A DNA stretch of 37,474 bases from Octopus bimaculoides (Eukaryota), in contig NC_068999.1 of assembly GCF_001194135.2 (NCBI RefSeq), positions 9,888,826-9,926,299 of the forward strand. Direction: 5' to 3'. Position 1 is the first letter of the stretch, and the number at the start of each line of letters is the position of its first letter. The notes beneath the pieces are model-generated. The model worked only from the letters and a program-made list of their open reading frames with translations. It did not search any database and was not told where the DNA came from. Of the stretch, positions 34,506 to 37,474 are shown one piece after another. The position numbers were made by a program, and so were the translations under genes.

Positions 34506-35832
34506 AAGAAAATATAGTCTTGGTTCCATTTTAGGTGTCTTAGAGACACCTAAATTATGTTCAGTAAAATCGTTAGATTTATACAAACGTATTTTTGTGA
34601 ATAAAAGAAATAATCTACACAAATTTGTTATAGTGTGCCACAGCTTTGTTCACGTACCTTCGTTTATAGCGGGATGATGATGTAAGCGACCATAATGGAA
34701 AAAATGGAGCGTATACACAGACAAGTGCACACTCACATGCACACGCAAACAAGCACGCACAGGTAGACATACACGCATGCATACATATCTAAATATATAT
34801 ATGTATATATATATATNNNNNNNNNNNNNNNNNNNNNNNNNNNNNNNNNNNNNNNNNNNNNNNNNNNNNNNNNNNNNNNNNNNNNNNNNNNNNNNNNNNN
34901 NNNNNNNNNNNNNNNNNNNNNNNNNNNNNNNNNNNNNNNNNNNNNNNNNNNNNNNNNNNNNNNNNNNNNNNNNNNNNNNNNNNNNNNNNNNNNNNNNNNN
35001 NNNNNNNNNNNNNNNNNNNNNNNNNNNNNNNNNNNNNNNNNNNNNNNNNNNNNNNNNNNNNNNNNNNNNNNNNNNNNNNNNNNNNNNNNNNNNNNNNNNN
35101 NNNNNNNNNNNNNNNNNNNNNNNNNNNNNNNNNNNNNNNNNNNNNNNNNNNNNNNNNNNNNNNNNNNNNNNNNNNNNNNNNNNNNTATATATATATATAT
35201 ATATATACAGACATATATATACAGACATATATATACAGACATATATATATATATATGTGTGTGTGCGTGCAGAAATGACCAGAATAGGAAATTTAATAGT
35301 AAATAGTTCTAATATATGTCTGATTATGTATACAATATATATGCTGTCTGCATACTTCCGACACAGCCAGACAGACAGACAGAAATTGAAACACAGAGAG
35401 AACGAGCAAGAGAATGAAGAAAGGAAATTGAGAGAGAGAGGGAGAGAGAGAGAGAGAGGGGGGGAGAGAGAGAGAGAGGGAAATAGAGGAAGAGCATATC
35501 TGTGTGGCTATTCATGCCTGTGTGTGTGTATATGTGTGTGTGCGTGCGTGTGAGCATGTGTGTGTATGTGGGTGAGTTGGCATGTGTGTAAAAGTACAGC
35601 AAAGCGTACAAGTACGTATGCGGGTTATTCAACCAAACGTTTGCTATTGGTGTTGGTATTGCTACCTGTTGTAGACCCGAAATTGAAATAACAATCGTGA
35701 GTCATGCAAAACGTTCGTCTGCAGTTATTTATATCGATTTGTTTGTTCAGCCAACCATGTTCCTATGAACGCTGGAAATATTCCAACATATTATCCCAAA
35801 TAACTCTCGTGTCTTTCCTACATTTACAACTG

Positions 35833-35865
<33 letters not shown>

Positions 35866-36972
35866 TATATNNNNNNNNNNNNNNNNNNNNNNNNNNNNNN
35901 NNNNNNNNNNNNNNNNNNNNNNNNNNNNNNNNNNNNNNNNNNNNNNNNNNNNNNNNNNNNNNNNNNNNNNNNNNNNNNNNNNNNNNNNNNNNNNNNNNNN
36001 NNNNNNNNNNNNNNNNNNNNNNNNNNNNNNNNNNNNNNNNNNNNNNNNNNNNNNNNNNNNNNNNNNNNNNNNNNNNNNNNNNNNNNNNNNNNNNNNNNNN
36101 NNNNNNNNNNNNNNNNNNNNNNNNNNNNNNNNNNNNNNNNNNNNNNNNNNNNNNNNNNNNNNNNNNNNNNNNNNNNNNNNNNNNNNNNNNNNNNNNNNNN
36201 NNNNNNNNNNNNNNNNNNNNNNNNNNNNNNNNNNNNNNNNNNNNNNNNNNNNNNNNNNNNNNNNNNNNNNNNNNNNNNNNNNNNNNNNNNNNNNNNNNNN
36301 NNNNNNNNNNNNNNNNNNNNNNNNNNNNNNNNNNNNNNNNNNNNNNNNNNNNNNNNNNNNNNNNNNNNNNNNNNNNNNNNNNNNNNNNNNNNNNNNNNNN
36401 NNNNNNNNNNNNNNNNNNNNNNNNNNNNNNNNNNNNNNNNNNNNNNNNNNNNNNNNNNNNNNNNNNNNNNNNNNNNNNNNNNNNNNNNNNNNNNNNNNNN
36501 NNNNNNNNNNNNNNNNNNNNNNNNNNNNNNNNNNNNNNNNNNNNNNNNNNNNNNNNNNNNNNNNNNNNNNNNNNNNNNNNNNNNNNNATATATATGTATA
36601 TATTTGTGTGTGTGTGTGTGTGTGTGTGTGTATAGAAGCACTTAGGTATACGTGAATGTTTCGAAAGCATATCTATCTTGGTACTGGTCATGTATACATG
36701 AACACACACAGGGAAACATAGGTTTACATGTTGTCTAAGGACACACACATATACACGTATATAGATACAAAATGTATATATGCATGCAAATGTGCATATC
36801 GGTATATATGCACGCACGCGTGTGTGTATCTCTGTGTGTGTGCGTGTGCGTCTACATATGCATTTATGTACATATTGCAATTGATCTGTGCTATTGATTA
36901 TTAAGGGATGGCGTGTACGCCTTGTCAGAAAAGCGGTGAACCTACAATAAAACGGTCCGACAGGTGACTTAC

Positions 36973-36990
36973 TTCCCCTTTTCCACAAAT
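36973..36990 (-). CDS. Candidate 18-nt microexon of an unidentified minus-strand gene
   Basis: Minus strand: cacatttttcctcTGCtatAG|ATTTGTGGAAAAGGGGAA|GTAAGT. Length is a multiple of 3 and it is stop-free in all frames (ICGKGE, xLWKRG, xFVEKG). Confidence 0.3.
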
Positions 36991-37105
36991 CTATAGCAGA
37001 GGAAAAATGTGATTACCTTCTTATTTACCTCACAGTTACGACTTATAACATTAACATTTACTTGAATTCACCCGAATTACTTTATAATTATTATAAGTGT
37101 GTGAT

Positions 37106-37310
37106 TTTAAATTTGGGACAAAGTCACCAAGCACTAAATTGATTACACCAAGAATGAGTCGATTACATTGAGGCTACTGCTTAACCAGGTCATATTTTAT
37201 CGACCTAAGCCGATGAAGTGCAAGAATTTGAAACCGGAACGTTAAGACGGGTGAAACGACTCTGAGCATTTTGCTTGGTATGCTCGAGGTCGCTACCTGG
37301 TCGCTGCCTT
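37106..37310 (-). mobile_element. SINE family A, degenerate copy
   Basis: gtcgattacatt...ttttatcgacc...gaatttgaaaccggaacgttaagacgg...gagcattttgc...cgctgcctt. Confidence 0.78.
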
Positions 37311-37375
37311 ACAAAGATTATATAGAATATAAACTATTTATCCCAGATTGAGAAGAATGTTACTAACTCATGTCC

Positions 37376-37459
<84 letters not shown>
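37376..37459 (+). repeat. (TCTA)n microsatellite
   Basis: Direct reading. Confidence 0.97.
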
Positions 37460-37474
37460 GTCGTTATGTATATA

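Noticed and set aside
19981-36988. Long ORFs of 150-413 aa in the track (for example 19981-20976, 29946-31079, 31067-32251, 35747-36988)
   Set aside because: Their length comes from N runs translated as X, flanked by (TA)n/(CA)n repeats.

Overview
AT-rich, microsatellite-laden metazoan genomic DNA with 15 assembly gaps (about 4.8 kb of N, nearly all flanked by (TA)n/(CA)n). The SINE and MITE families match my recollection of Octopus repeats, so the source is probably an octopus draft assembly (inference). No intact long gene is present. Almost all listed ORFs are microsatellite or N-run artefacts. Well-supported content: two decayed mariner elements of different types (1046-1763 minus; 7865-8557 plus, internally deleted), a decayed Penelope-like element with a GIY-YIG region (about 22225-23600), the 3' end of an R4/Dong-type LINE inside a (TAA)n tract (28188-28447), a DINE-1/HINE-like element, piggyBac-, Tigger- and mariner-type MITEs, and many tRNA-derived SINEs. 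The most interesting tentative signals are: (1) three phase-compatible plus-strand exon candidates (13270-13410, 14299-14331, 17046-17089) that splice into a neuropeptide-precursor-like reading frame with a hydrophobic signal-like segment and a GKR site; (2) an 18-nt minus-strand microexon candidate with a UGC motif before the 3' splice site (36973-36990); (3) an old, degenerate tandem array with units of about 150-190 bp (about 6890-8775), split by the mariner insertion. All exon calls are manual and need RNA-seq or homology confirmation, since GTAAGT-type donors occur by chance at this AT content.
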